Below are positions 37,361 to 46,613 of a stretch of 64,000 nt of DNA, piece by piece (positions within the stretch are counted from its first letter, which is position 1; each line of letters opens with the position of its first letter). The translations under genes were made by a program, and so were the position numbers. The DNA is from Candidatus Latescibacterota bacterium (GTDB lineage: Bacteria; Latescibacterota; UBA2968; UBA8231): NCBI GenBank assembly GCA_965248265.1, contig CBDFJF010000002.1, forward strand, positions 2,848,001 through 2,912,000. Reading direction: 5' to 3'. The notes beneath the pieces are model-generated. The model saw only the letters and a list, made by a program, of their open reading frames with translations. It was not told where the DNA came from and made no database searches.

Positions 37361-37795
37361 GTGAAAAGCTCCATGAACCCTGCAGTCGATCAACGTAATA
37401 TGATTCTCGGTGCGGTGCTGCTCGCCGTGGTGTCGAACTGTGCCCATCTGTCGAAGAGCGCTGAGGTGGGCAGCGCCGAGTCAAGTGGCTATTTATCTGC
37501 GAAGGTGGTACGGATCAGCGAGGAATACGACAACATCAACACGGATGTGAGCGAGAAGGCGCTGAGGAACTGGGGGGTTGCTGACAAAGACGAATTCACA
37601 GTGAAATACAAGAATCACACCATGACGGTATTGTCAGGGCAGGGTTACAGTGATGTCCCCAGAGGTGAGTGGGTCGGCCTCATAGAGGAAGACGGGATGC
37701 TCCAACTGGCCATCAGCTTCGGTAACGCCGCGACGGAGATCGGCTGCGCGGTGGGGGATACCCTGTACATCGAAGAGCCAGGCGGGGCACAATAG
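37361..37795 (+). CDS. Exported stand-alone C-terminal domain of the SAM hydroxide adenosyltransferase/halogenase family
   Basis: Hydrophobic leader ending VSNC; VVRISEEYDNINTDV...YSDVPRGEWVGLIEEDGMLQLAISFGNAA...GDTL. Confidence 0.7.
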   Translation: MKSSMNPAVDQRNMILGAVLLAVVSNCAHLSKSAEVGSAESSGYLSAKVVRISEEYDNINTDVSEKALRNWGVADKDEFTVKYKNHTMTVLSGQGYSDVPRGEWVGLIEEDGMLQLAISFGNAATEIGCAVGDTLYIEEPGGAQ

Positions 37796-37813
37796 TGGTT
37801 CACCAAGTACGGA

Positions 37814-38632
37814 TCAACCGCGGTCGACCCACTTGTAAGCCCGGCGGGCATTTTCGCTGAAGACCTTCGCTTCGGCCGATGCCGGTTTCGTGGCTACATA
37901 CGCTTGCGCGAGTTCCAACACATCGGCATAGCTGCGCCCACTGTAATCTGACACGGGCCAATCACTGCCAAAGATCATTCGGTCTTCTCCGAAGGCATCC
38001 CACAGGATGTCCAGATAACGCGCGTAATGATCCAATTCTGTCGGCGCCGGTCGAATGGTGCATCGCAGGTCCATCATTCCCGACAGCTTGCAGTAGACGT
38101 TCTGGTGTTCGGCAGTTCGCCGCATGAGGGCGACAGTCTCTGGATCCGGATCGTCTCCGTCCATCGGCACGCTGGCGCAGTGGTTGATGACGATGCGCAG
38201 AACTGGGATCGCCGCGGCGATATCGATAGTCCGCTCGTCCAAGTTCAGGTCGAACGAAAGGTCGCGGTCCGCCAACAAGCGGATCGGTTCGATCTGATCG
38301 GGGGTCCAGCAGCGGGCACGAATGCCACGAAACGCCGGGTGTTGGGCGAAGCGGTCCAGGTGCTGTTCAAAGCGCTCATCATTGGCATCCAGGTTGCCCA
38401 CGAGGCCAAACAACCGCGGTTCGTCGTCTGCCAGGTCGAGGACCCACTGGTTGTCTTCGACCCATTCACTGCACTCAACGACGATGGCGCCGTCGACGCC
38501 ACATGGAATCGCGCGTTTCAGCCAGCGTTCGGGGCGAGTGGTGTGGTAGAGGGTCTTGTCGTCGGATTCAGGCCAGGGCGTCCCGCCCTCACGAAACGGG
38601 TCGTAGAGGTGGACGTGGGTGTCGACGATCAT
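37814..38632 (-). CDS. Amidohydrolase_2 family (lactonase-like)
   Basis: MIVDTHVH, VINH, NVYCKLSG, FGEDRMIFGSDWPV, NARRAY. Confidence 0.92.
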   Translation of the reverse strand: MIVDTHVHLYDPFREGGTPWPESDDKTLYHTTRPERWLKRAIPCGVDGAIVVECSEWVEDNQWVLDLADDEPRLFGLVGNLDANDERFEQHLDRFAQHPAFRGIRARCWTPDQIEPIRLLADRDLSFDLNLDERTIDIAAAIPVLRIVINHCASVPMDGDDPDPETVALMRRTAEHQNVYCKLSGMMDLRCTIRPAPTELDHYARYLDILWDAFGEDRMIFGSDWPVSDYSGRSYADVLELAQAYVATKPASAEAKVFSENARRAYKWVDRG

Positions 38633-39504
38633 CAGACTCCGGCTTTCTCCATGCCGGCCCGCATCGATTCGTAGCAGGCACGGGCGGTCGCCCATGGGTC
38701 GTAGTCTTCAAGGTTCCAGATCTGTCCGGTGACTTCAACCGTGATAGGTACCTCAATGCCAGCGGATGATACAGCTCGGAAATAGCGTTCCAGATCCAGA
38801 TCGCCATCGCCCGGCAGCAGGTACTTCACTATTCCATCGGCTCTGTAGCCGTCTTTTAGATGAGTATGCACGGTGTACGGCGCCATGAGATCAGCGCAGT
38901 GCTCGATCTCCATGCCCGCCACGTGAAAATGGCTGTGATCGAAGTTGAGACGCACCGAGGGCCGGTCCAGTGCTTCCACCAGCCATACTGACTTCTCGGG
39001 CGAGTCGAACTCCTGACCTGCATGTGCTTCCAACGCCAGGATGACCCCGTGGTCCTCGGCGACCTGAATGTAGGGCTGCAAAGCCTCGACGAAATCATCT
39101 CTGGATTCGTCCCAGGTGCCGGGCCGGTGCCCGAGTGTCGTCGTCATCACTCTCGGGCGGTCATCGAAATTCAGATCGCCGGCGAGCTGGCAGGTGCCGG
39201 CGAGGAGACGGACCTTGTCATCGGTGTTCTCGTCCTGAGCGCCCAGGCTGATGACGTTCATGAGCACGGGTGAAGGGAAGCCAGCCGACTGCAGGGCATC
39301 GCGCAGCCGTTTGCGGGTATCCTCGTCGAGTTTTTCCGGCGCCGTGGGCCACGCTTCACCAGAGTTCAATTCGAGGGCGTCGTAGCCGATTTCTTTAATG
39401 CCGGCGATGGCTTCAAAGGGGTCGATGTTCTGCAGCGCGTAGGTACCGTAGGCCAGTTTCAAGGGCTCGTGTCCGGGAGAAGAGGTGAGGTGACGAAGCT
39501 TCAT
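38632..39504 (-). CDS. Sugar phosphate isomerase/epimerase
   Basis: GYDALEL, LALEAH, NFDHSH, HTHLKD, PGDGDLD, ITVE. Confidence 0.9.
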   Translation of the reverse strand: MKLRHLTSSPGHEPLKLAYGTYALQNIDPFEAIAGIKEIGYDALELNSGEAWPTAPEKLDEDTRKRLRDALQSAGFPSPVLMNVISLGAQDENTDDKVRLLAGTCQLAGDLNFDDRPRVMTTTLGHRPGTWDESRDDFVEALQPYIQVAEDHGVILALEAHAGQEFDSPEKSVWLVEALDRPSVRLNFDHSHFHVAGMEIEHCADLMAPYTVHTHLKDGYRADGIVKYLLPGDGDLDLERYFRAVSSAGIEVPITVEVTGQIWNLEDYDPWATARACYESMRAGMEKAGV

Positions 39505-39661
39505 TTTCCGAGTCTAATCCGAGATCCGTCAAAACATGAAAGCTAACCGCTTTTTCGCCCCGCCCGCCAGTGCGTCTGACATATTCGTTGAAAATATACG
39601 ATAACGTATTATAAATATGTTAGTTATGAGTAGTATCATTGCGGATGTATAATATTACTTT

Positions 39662-39709
39662 ATGCACACTTATATTGACAAAATGCACACATAAGGTGAT
39701 AATTAGCTC
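39662..39709 (+). promoter_or_regulatory. Sigma70-type promoter with operator repeats (TA operon)
   Basis: TTGACA (39675-80), 17 bp, GATAAT (39698-703), then 6 nt to ATG; ATGCACAC direct repeats at 39662 and 39683. Confidence 0.7.
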
Positions 39710-39994
39710 ATGGGTCAGTTCAACTGGAGCACTGCGAAAAACCAGATGTTGATCGGGGAGCGCGGGATTTCATTTGAGCGGATTGTCGCCGCCATTGAAC
39801 ATGGGCATATCGTGGATGTGTTCGAGCATCCGAATCAGCAGAAATACCCAGGACAGTCAATTTATGCGGTAGAGGTCGATGGATACATTTATCTGGTTCC
39901 CTTCGTGCTCGGCGAGGATGGTGACCGGTTTCTCAAGACCATTATACCAAGTCGAAAAGCAACGAGAGATTACGACGAGGGAGATTCACGATGA
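39710..39994 (+). CDS. BrnT-like toxin
   Basis: FNWSTAKN...RGISFE...HPNQQKYPGQ...VPFV...FLKTIIPSRKAT. Confidence 0.85.
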   Translation: MGQFNWSTAKNQMLIGERGISFERIVAAIEHGHIVDVFEHPNQQKYPGQSIYAVEVDGYIYLVPFVLGEDGDRFLKTIIPSRKATRDYDEGDSR

Positions 39995-40266
39995 ACGAGC
40001 GATTGGATGCAGAGGAGCGGGAAATACTGGAGGCGTTTGAGCGTGACCAGTTGCGTCCCCAACCTGGCGCCAACGAGGAGATAGAATACGCCAAGGGTGC
40101 TGCTCGAAATACCTTCAACAAGACAAAGCGGGTGAACCTGCGCGTCACGGAACGGGATTTCGAAGCTGCCCACCTCAAGGCTCGGGAAGAAGGCATTCCC
40201 TACCAGACGCTGCTCTCCAGTGTCATCCACAAATATCTGAGCGGTCGTCTTACCGAGAAACCCTGA
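39991..40266 (+). CDS. Antitoxin with C-terminal RHH
   Basis: ATGA overlap; KRVNLRV...KAREEGIPYQTLLSSVIHKY. Confidence 0.85.
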   Translation: MNERLDAEEREILEAFERDQLRPQPGANEEIEYAKGAARNTFNKTKRVNLRVTERDFEAAHLKAREEGIPYQTLLSSVIHKYLSGRLTEKP

Positions 40267-40270
40267 CGGT

Positions 40271-41524
40271 TCAGCAGGCCTGGATTCCTACCACCCCCAA
40301 CAGGTCGTCGATCTCCTGTTGATACGCGTACACCTCGCCGTTGACGATTTCCTCCATGGTCACAGCTCTGTCGGCGATCGCTGATTCGCACAGAGCGTGG
40401 GAGACGGCGACATCGCGCAATCCTTCCTCTGCATCAACTTCGATCGCCCTGCCATCGAGAATCGCTTCGGATAACTCGTGATATTCCAGGGCGATCAGTT
40501 TCCAGTCGACGGCCTTGTCTCCGGCGCTTGTTTTGCCCGGGAAGAAATGCTCAGCTAACGGCTCGAGGGTGAAATCGGGAAAGCGACCAACCAGTTCGGT
40601 CTGTTCCACCCTTGTACCATCCGTCTCCAAGAGTTGAATCTCCGAGCCTCGGCCGCCGAATCCCGCGAGGGCCCCTTCAGTGCCCCAGATCACCCGCCGC
40701 CCGAAGCTGACGGGGCCAGCCATCTGCACCAGCCAGTTCACGGCGATGCCCCTTTCCATCTTGAAAAGAGCGGACGAGCAGTCTTCAGCAGTGGCTGGTA
40801 CTGTTTCGGGCATGGCCTGATGTCTGGATTGATAGAATCCGTACTCCGAAGTCTCCGTTGGTGCTTTCTCCCGTTCCGTCTCGATCAAACGGGCATCCGC
40901 GTAGATCTCACGGATATCACCCAGCTGATAGCGGATCAGGTCTGTGAGGTGGACACCCATGTCCAGCAACGGCCCGGCGCGTTCCTTCAGGTGCCGCCAC
41001 GGCGTGATGAATATCTGCTTTCCTCCTCGAACCTCATGGAGGATGGCTCCGTACACATCGCCGATGGCGCCGTAGTCGATCATGTGTCTGGCAAGTCGCG
41101 CGGAAGGATCGCGGCGATAGTTCTCGGCAACTGAGATCAACTTCCCGTTTCGTTCAGCCGCTTCCATCATCATGCGGCAGGTGCGAATCGTCACGCCGAA
41201 GGGTTTTTCGACCATTACATGAAGACTTAGATCCAATGCCTGACAGATCACGGTGTGGTGGAAGGACGGATCGGTGACGACGTCGACGGCATCAAGGTCT
41301 GGAATGGCACGCGCCATTTCGGCCAGATTCGTGTACACAGGTGGGCGGAACCCAAGCAAGGTTTCGACCTCAGCCGCCGCGCGCTCGCCATTGTCCGGGT
41401 TGATGTCGCAGAGCGCGGCCAGTTCGACTCGGCAGAACGGTGTCTGCGTCAGTTCTCTGAGGCCGTACAGATGTCGGGTCCCCATGCCGCCGCATCCGAC
41501 GAGGGCAATCTTGATTCTTGTCAC
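40271..41524 (-). CDS. Gfo/Idh/MocA oxidoreductase
   Basis: IALVGCGGMG, HVMVEKP, VAENYR, LDMGVH. Confidence 0.92.
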   Translation of the reverse strand: MTRIKIALVGCGGMGTRHLYGLRELTQTPFCRVELAALCDINPDNGERAAAEVETLLGFRPPVYTNLAEMARAIPDLDAVDVVTDPSFHHTVICQALDLSLHVMVEKPFGVTIRTCRMMMEAAERNGKLISVAENYRRDPSARLARHMIDYGAIGDVYGAILHEVRGGKQIFITPWRHLKERAGPLLDMGVHLTDLIRYQLGDIREIYADARLIETEREKAPTETSEYGFYQSRHQAMPETVPATAEDCSSALFKMERGIAVNWLVQMAGPVSFGRRVIWGTEGALAGFGGRGSEIQLLETDGTRVEQTELVGRFPDFTLEPLAEHFFPGKTSAGDKAVDWKLIALEYHELSEAILDGRAIEVDAEEGLRDVAVSHALCESAIADRAVTMEEIVNGEVYAYQQEIDDLLGVVGIQAC

Positions 41525-41543
41525 CTAGGCGTTCCCCTGCTAA

Positions 41544-42419
41544 TCAGTCGTCCTCATCACAAAAGGCAGTGTAGAGCGTCTCGATAGCCTCCACGGTTGT
41601 TTCCTCGTCCAACACTGCCAGCCCGTAGTGCAGTTCCAGCGCATCGCCATCGGGGATGACGAGGTCCTCTTCCATGAGCAGGCCGGCACCCAGCAGATTC
41701 TTTCGCGTGAACCAGGTGACGGGATGTCTCGGATTGTCCGGGTGGTCCATCATCACCACTTCGCCGCCGGATGCACCTGCGGCGCTGACCCAGCGGGCGC
41801 GGCTGCGCATGATGTTCTCGTGTCCGGCCAGGCCCTCGCTGCTGCGGTGGTGGGCGTCGGCGAAGGGTGGTCCCAGGCGCAGTTCCAGACCGCTGTAGCG
41901 TGCAGCACGGGAGGCGCCCATGGTGATGTCGATGCCCAAAGGTTCGATGCGGGTCTGTATGCGCCAGTGATATCCCAAGGGATCGATGTTTTTGCAAACA
42001 GTATAACGGCGAGTCTCCGTCACCATCGGATGGTCGGTTGCGTCCAGCCAGGTCAGCTTCTCTTCAACGTGGATGCCCAAGGTATCCTGTTTGAGCTGCG
42101 TGAACTCGTCGTGTCGCTGGATGCCGTGAGTGCCATCGACGTACTCGTACTGGTCCTTGTCCGGCTGGTACCATGGTCCGCCCCAAAGGTTGGCGTCGTT
42201 GACGTGGACCCAGCCGAAGTAAAGTCCCGTGTGCCAGGCGTGATCGGGTGGCCGGTATTCGGTCACCAAGCCGCCGCTCGGTGTATAGATAGGGGCGAAG
42301 CAGGGTTTGGGCGACTCTGTTCGCGGCAGCTCCTCGACAGCCCGGTAGAAGGCTGTCATGCGATCGCCATCGACGATCTCGAATCCCAACCCGTTTTCTT
42401 TCAGTGAAAGCTCATTCAT
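41544..42419 (-). CDS. DUF6807 ('PmoA-like') family protein
   Basis: KPCFAPIYTPSG...PDHAWHTGLYF...YSGL...MDHPDNPRHP. Confidence 0.75.
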   Translation of the reverse strand: MNELSLKENGLGFEIVDGDRMTAFYRAVEELPRTESPKPCFAPIYTPSGGLVTEYRPPDHAWHTGLYFGWVHVNDANLWGGPWYQPDKDQYEYVDGTHGIQRHDEFTQLKQDTLGIHVEEKLTWLDATDHPMVTETRRYTVCKNIDPLGYHWRIQTRIEPLGIDITMGASRAARYSGLELRLGPPFADAHHRSSEGLAGHENIMRSRARWVSAAGASGGEVVMMDHPDNPRHPVTWFTRKNLLGAGLLMEEDLVIPDGDALELHYGLAVLDEETTVEAIETLYTAFCDEDD

Positions 42420-42716
42420 TGACAGATCCCAGAGATGGTTGTCCGCGTTTTTTCTGTGCTGCTTGGAACGCTTCGGTTTTCGTATCTAATCGGGTACAAA
42501 CGCGAGTATCCATTGAGATAACAGCGTATAACTAATTGTAAACATTGCGCTTACGAGCGTATCGATGCGTCGAGTGTATCTGAATGGATATTTCCCTGAT
42601 TTGGAGCACAGCGGCCAACGTGCCGCTTCCGATGGATCATTTACAACGATATAACAAGTTGAAAACAATACACTTAGTGTGGGCGTTACGATTTCTCTTT
42701 TCAGCGAGTTGAGAGA

Positions 42717-42732
42717 TGGCACGCTGGTTGCA
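42717..42732 (+). promoter_or_regulatory. Sigma54 (-24/-12) promoter
   Basis: TGGCACGCTGGTTGCA is an exact match to TGGCACG-N4-TTGCW; AT-rich IHF-like TAACAAGTTGAAA lies at about 42652-42664. Confidence 0.75.
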
Positions 42733-42784
42733 ATTACAGGGGCAGAGCATGAAAACAAACGACCATCTCATCGGGAGCGCCATC

Positions 42785-42889
42785 ATGAAACGCACACAGA
42801 TCATTCACGGAATCACCTTCGTAATCTCAACGATGTTCGCGGTAGCATCCAGCGCTACCTTGTTGTACCTGGCTGTCATCTACGCTTGA
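42785..42889 (+). CDS. Small single-TM peptide (34 aa; 46 aa from in-frame ATG at 42749)
   Basis: SD GGGAG; MKRTQIIHGITFVISTMFAVASSATLLYLAVIYA*; immediately downstream of the sigma54 site. Confidence 0.5.
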   Translation: MKRTQIIHGITFVISTMFAVASSATLLYLAVIYA

Positions 42890-42986
42890 GAACGAGGTGT
42901 TCGGCTCCGCTCTTTGCGGAAACCGCTCTCGCATCACGGCGAAGACGTTAACCGCAATTCATCAGCTACGGACAGGAGCCGACGAA

Positions 42987-43781
42987 ATGGCAGAACAGCT
43001 GCAAGGAAAAGTGGCGGTGGTTACCGGCGGGAGTTCGGGCATTGGCAGGGCTACGTCGATGGCGTTTGCCCGAGAAGGAGCAAGGGTCGTCGTCAGTGAT
43101 GTCAACATCGACTGTGGCGAAGAGACGGTGGAGATGGTCAAAGAGCAGGGCGGTGAAGCTCTCTTCGTCAAGGCCGACGTGTCCAGGGCAGATGAGGTGG
43201 AAGCGTTGATGGACAAAGCAGTAGAGACGTACGGCCATCTGGACTGTGGCTTCAACAATGCCTGGGGTTTAGGGAAACCGGCTGACTCTGACGCTATCAA
43301 GTCCTTCCTCGCTCCTCCGCATGAATGTGAGGAAGATGTTTGGGATCAGACCATAGACATTTGCCTCAAAGGCGTATGGCTGTGCATGAAGTACGAAATT
43401 CAACAGATGCTCAAGCAAGGTGGCGGAACGATTGTTAATACCGCGTCGACATTGGGGTTGGTGGGACTGAAGGGACACAGCACCCCCTACATCGCGGCCA
43501 AACACGGCGTCATCGGGCTGACCAAGACGGGCGCTCTCGAGTACAGTGCGCTAGGGATTCGCGTCAACGCCGTTTGTCCGGGTACGATTCGCACAGCACC
43601 CTTAACGGCGGTTCTGGAAGAGGACCCATCGGTAGAAGAATCATGGGCCGCCATGCATCCCATCAGACGGATAGGAGAACCGCCGGAGATTGCCGAGGCG
43701 GTGGTATGGCTGTGTTCCGATGCGGCATCATTTGTCACGGGACATTCTATGTCAGTGGATGGTGGATGGACCGCACAGTAG
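42987..43781 (+). CDS. Classical short-chain dehydrogenase/reductase
   Basis: TGGSSGIG, FNNA, YIAAK, IRVNAVCPG, VDGG; SD AGGAG. Confidence 0.95.
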   Translation: MAEQLQGKVAVVTGGSSGIGRATSMAFAREGARVVVSDVNIDCGEETVEMVKEQGGEALFVKADVSRADEVEALMDKAVETYGHLDCGFNNAWGLGKPADSDAIKSFLAPPHECEEDVWDQTIDICLKGVWLCMKYEIQQMLKQGGGTIVNTASTLGLVGLKGHSTPYIAAKHGVIGLTKTGALEYSALGIRVNAVCPGTIRTAPLTAVLEEDPSVEESWAAMHPIRRIGEPPEIAEAVVWLCSDAASFVTGHSMSVDGGWTAQ

Positions 43782-43826
43782 GCCGTGACGGGTAGTGACA
43801 ACAGGGTCTGCCTCGGCGGGATTGTC

Positions 43827-44642
43827 CTAATTGATCAGGGTTTTCAAGTAGGCAACGGCATCAGCCGGACTTTGCGGTCCCAGATGCTCGGGCACGATGA
43901 CGCCATTATAGTCGGCTTCCACCAGTGCGCGCACACAGCGGGCCATGTCGACGTCACCACTTTCCAGTGGTGCCTCATCGTGATCCATCAGGCAGGGACC
44001 TGTCCTGACCTGGTTGCGTGCATGCGCGAAGAAGATCTTGTCCATGCCCCAGGTCTCGGCCGGCGTATGGGGATCCTCGCCTATCAGGCACATACCCTGG
44101 CAGTAGGTGACGCCATTGTTAGGACTGGGCACGGCATCCCAGATACCTTTGACGACTTCGACGGCCCACAGGTGACTGGCGAGACGGAGATTCACCTCCT
44201 CGGCTACGGCTACGATTTCGCGGAAGAAGCAGATGACGGCATCCCAGCCATCTTCACCCGGCATGATCATGAGTGGTCGGCCTTCGTGGTACTCGTTGAA
44301 ATAGAGGAACCGATCCATCGGATAGAACAGGGCGGTGTCGATGCCGGATTGACCGGCGGCGCGGATGGACTGGCAGAAGGCGGCGCGCCCTGCTTCGTCC
44401 TTGCCGAGCACGATCTCCTGAGATGGCGCTCCCAGCATCACCCCTGATATCTGAATAACTCGCTTTCGGAGCTGATCCTCGACCTTTCTGAGCCCGGCCG
44501 TTGTCATGCAGCCGCGTTCATCAAAGCCCGGAACAGACTCGGACCTGAGGAAGATCTCGTTCACACCCGCGGTCTGACATTCCTCAGCAACTCCGTCAGC
44601 GCTGGTGTACCCCATGTGTATGCCTATACGCATGTCGTTCAA
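43827..44642 (-). CDS. UxuA-like / xylose-isomerase-like TIM-barrel protein
   Basis: VAEEVNLRLASH, PSPNNGVTYCQG, KIFFAHARN, GDVDMA, YNGVIVPEH. Confidence 0.75.
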   Translation of the reverse strand: MNDMRIGIHMGYTSADGVAEECQTAGVNEIFLRSESVPGFDERGCMTTAGLRKVEDQLRKRVIQISGVMLGAPSQEIVLGKDEAGRAAFCQSIRAAGQSGIDTALFYPMDRFLYFNEYHEGRPLMIMPGEDGWDAVICFFREIVAVAEEVNLRLASHLWAVEVVKGIWDAVPSPNNGVTYCQGMCLIGEDPHTPAETWGMDKIFFAHARNQVRTGPCLMDHDEAPLESGDVDMARCVRALVEADYNGVIVPEHLGPQSPADAVAYLKTLIN

Positions 44643-44785
44643 CCTCGAATACGGCCAAAGGTGTTTTGGGAAGTACCTGTCATAAGAGAGCCCTTGTCAG
44701 TGATTCGGGCAAGACGACCGCTCCTTGCCAGGTGGCGATGGTTGTTTCAACCTAACTGCCAGTTCAAAGAGGACTGGACGAAGGG

Positions 44786-46570
44786 ATGGAACGGAGACTG
44801 TTGAGCAGAATCGGGGTGCGCGCGCTTCAGTTTGTCGTCGTCAGTATCGTGAGCAGTTCGCTCTGTGTATCGGCACAGCCATGCGACGTCGAGGACATCA
44901 GCCGGGACGGGACGGTGAATTTCAAAGATTTCTTCCGGCTCGTCGACCACTTCGGCCGACAGTGTGCACGGGATGAGGCTTGTGATGCTGCCGATTTGGA
45001 TCGAGATGGTATGGTCGAAGTCGATGATTTCTTCGCCTTTTCGGATGTGTTCGGGGCGCAGTGCGAGGGTACGGCTGGGCCCTGTATTCCGTCCGGCGAT
45101 CACATAAGTATTCAGAGCGCGCTGGTCGGAGACGGAGCCAGAGCCATTCTCTGCCAAGGAGCCGTATTCGAACTGGGGGATATCCTCTCGTTCACAGCCG
45201 ACGATCAGGCCATCTTCACTCAAGGATTTCCCACGGGCGACACACGCGCGCTGTTGAAGGTCGTCGGCGACAATGCGGCAGCAGTTGAGGCCGGCAACAA
45301 TTCGCGCGTGCGGCTGCGCAACGTCATCATCGACGGCAACCGGCAGGCATTGGGCACGGCGGCCCCGGCGCTGATCGAATTTGGCAGCACCGGTTCGGGC
45401 AACATGGTCGAATGGGTCAAGGCCTTCGAACCTCGTGGTTGGTCGGTGCTCTATCTCGGAGAGGGCGGTGATCGCCGCTGCTCGAATGCCATCGCCCGCC
45501 ACAACGACCTGGGGCCGGCTGGTAAAGCTCATTACATCATCGCCGACGGTATTTCGCTGGGCTGTCAGAACAGCATCGTAGAGTACAACACCATTACCGA
45601 TGCTACCGACGGCGGCATCGTCGTCTTTCAGGCACCGGGGTCACTGATCGCCAACAACACCATCAGGGCTCAGGAACGAATCATGTTCTACGGCATCTCG
45701 ATGGTCGACTACGGGCCATGGGATGGCGACTTCACGGGGACGCGGGTTGCCGGCAACACCATCGACGCCGCTGGGGAGCTGATTCGTCGCGGGATCAGCA
45801 TGGGCCCCTATGTGGGCTGCATCCCCGCTGAAGAGACCGTCCTGCGGAGCCGGGGCGCCGTAGTGGCCGACAATATCTTGACCGGGAATCACATGGGTTG
45901 GGGGTTTGCTGTTAGCGGGGTAGAGGACTGGACCGTCAGTGGCAACGTCGACGCGTCCACGCACCGGCAGCCGCCGGGTGAACTGGATTGCTTCGGGACA
46001 CCTTCAAGTGCTCCTTCCGGTTTCCAGATCAACCCGCTGACTTCCATCGGCAGTTTCCAGGACGAATACGAGACAGCCGTCTTCGGTTTTACCGTGGGCT
46101 GGTGGCCGGCGGAAGCCGTCTTCGAAGAGGAGTGCATGGCCGGGCTCATCGGCGACAACGAGCTGGACGCCATCAGGTCAAACGAACGCGGCTCATTGTG
46201 GCCGGCACTGGAAGAATCCGACAACGCCCATCTGTTCGACCGTTGCGCCAGCCTGCACGAGCCACCGGAAACCGGTGAATTGCCAGGTGAGCTGATTGTG
46301 GGTGTGTCGGCCTGCGAGCCCGGATGTGCTCAGGTGACGTTGACGAATATTTCCCAGGACGAAGCCGCGGACATGCGCAACGCCGTATTTACGATCGATG
46401 GTTTCCGGGTCGATTGTGATGACCTGCCGGAATTCATCGAGCCTGAACAAGTGGCCATCTGCACGATCGACGACTACGTCACCACGGGCTTTCAGGTTCT
46501 GCGCTGGTACGGTCTCCCCACACCCGGCCTCGATAATGGGTGGGGCTTCGAATATCCATTCGTGGAGTGA
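44786..46570 (+). CDS. Secreted right-handed beta-helix protein with N-terminal dockerin/EF-hand-like repeats
   Basis: Signal peptide; DISRDGTVNFKDF and DLDRDGMVEVDDF; NVIIDGN, DGISL, NTITDATDGGIVVF. Confidence 0.8.
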   Translation: MERRLLSRIGVRALQFVVVSIVSSSLCVSAQPCDVEDISRDGTVNFKDFFRLVDHFGRQCARDEACDAADLDRDGMVEVDDFFAFSDVFGAQCEGTAGPCIPSGDHISIQSALVGDGARAILCQGAVFELGDILSFTADDQAIFTQGFPTGDTRALLKVVGDNAAAVEAGNNSRVRLRNVIIDGNRQALGTAAPALIEFGSTGSGNMVEWVKAFEPRGWSVLYLGEGGDRRCSNAIARHNDLGPAGKAHYIIADGISLGCQNSIVEYNTITDATDGGIVVFQAPGSLIANNTIRAQERIMFYGISMVDYGPWDGDFTGTRVAGNTIDAAGELIRRGISMGPYVGCIPAEETVLRSRGAVVADNILTGNHMGWGFAVSGVEDWTVSGNVDASTHRQPPGELDCFGTPSSAPSGFQINPLTSIGSFQDEYETAVFGFTVGWWPAEAVFEEECMAGLIGDNELDAIRSNERGSLWPALEESDNAHLFDRCASLHEPPETGELPGELIVGVSACEPGCAQVTLTNISQDEAADMRNAVFTIDGFRVDCDDLPEFIEPEQVAICTIDDYVTTGFQVLRWYGLPTPGLDNGWGFEYPFVE

Positions 46571-46613
46571 CACACGAATTCCCTACGATTGCTCCGAGGA
46601 GGATTTCATCAAC

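Noticed and set aside
41544-42419. Methane monooxygenase subunit
   Set aside because: Soluble DUF6807-type protein; the 'PmoA' label is a family name, with no TM helices and no pmoBC.
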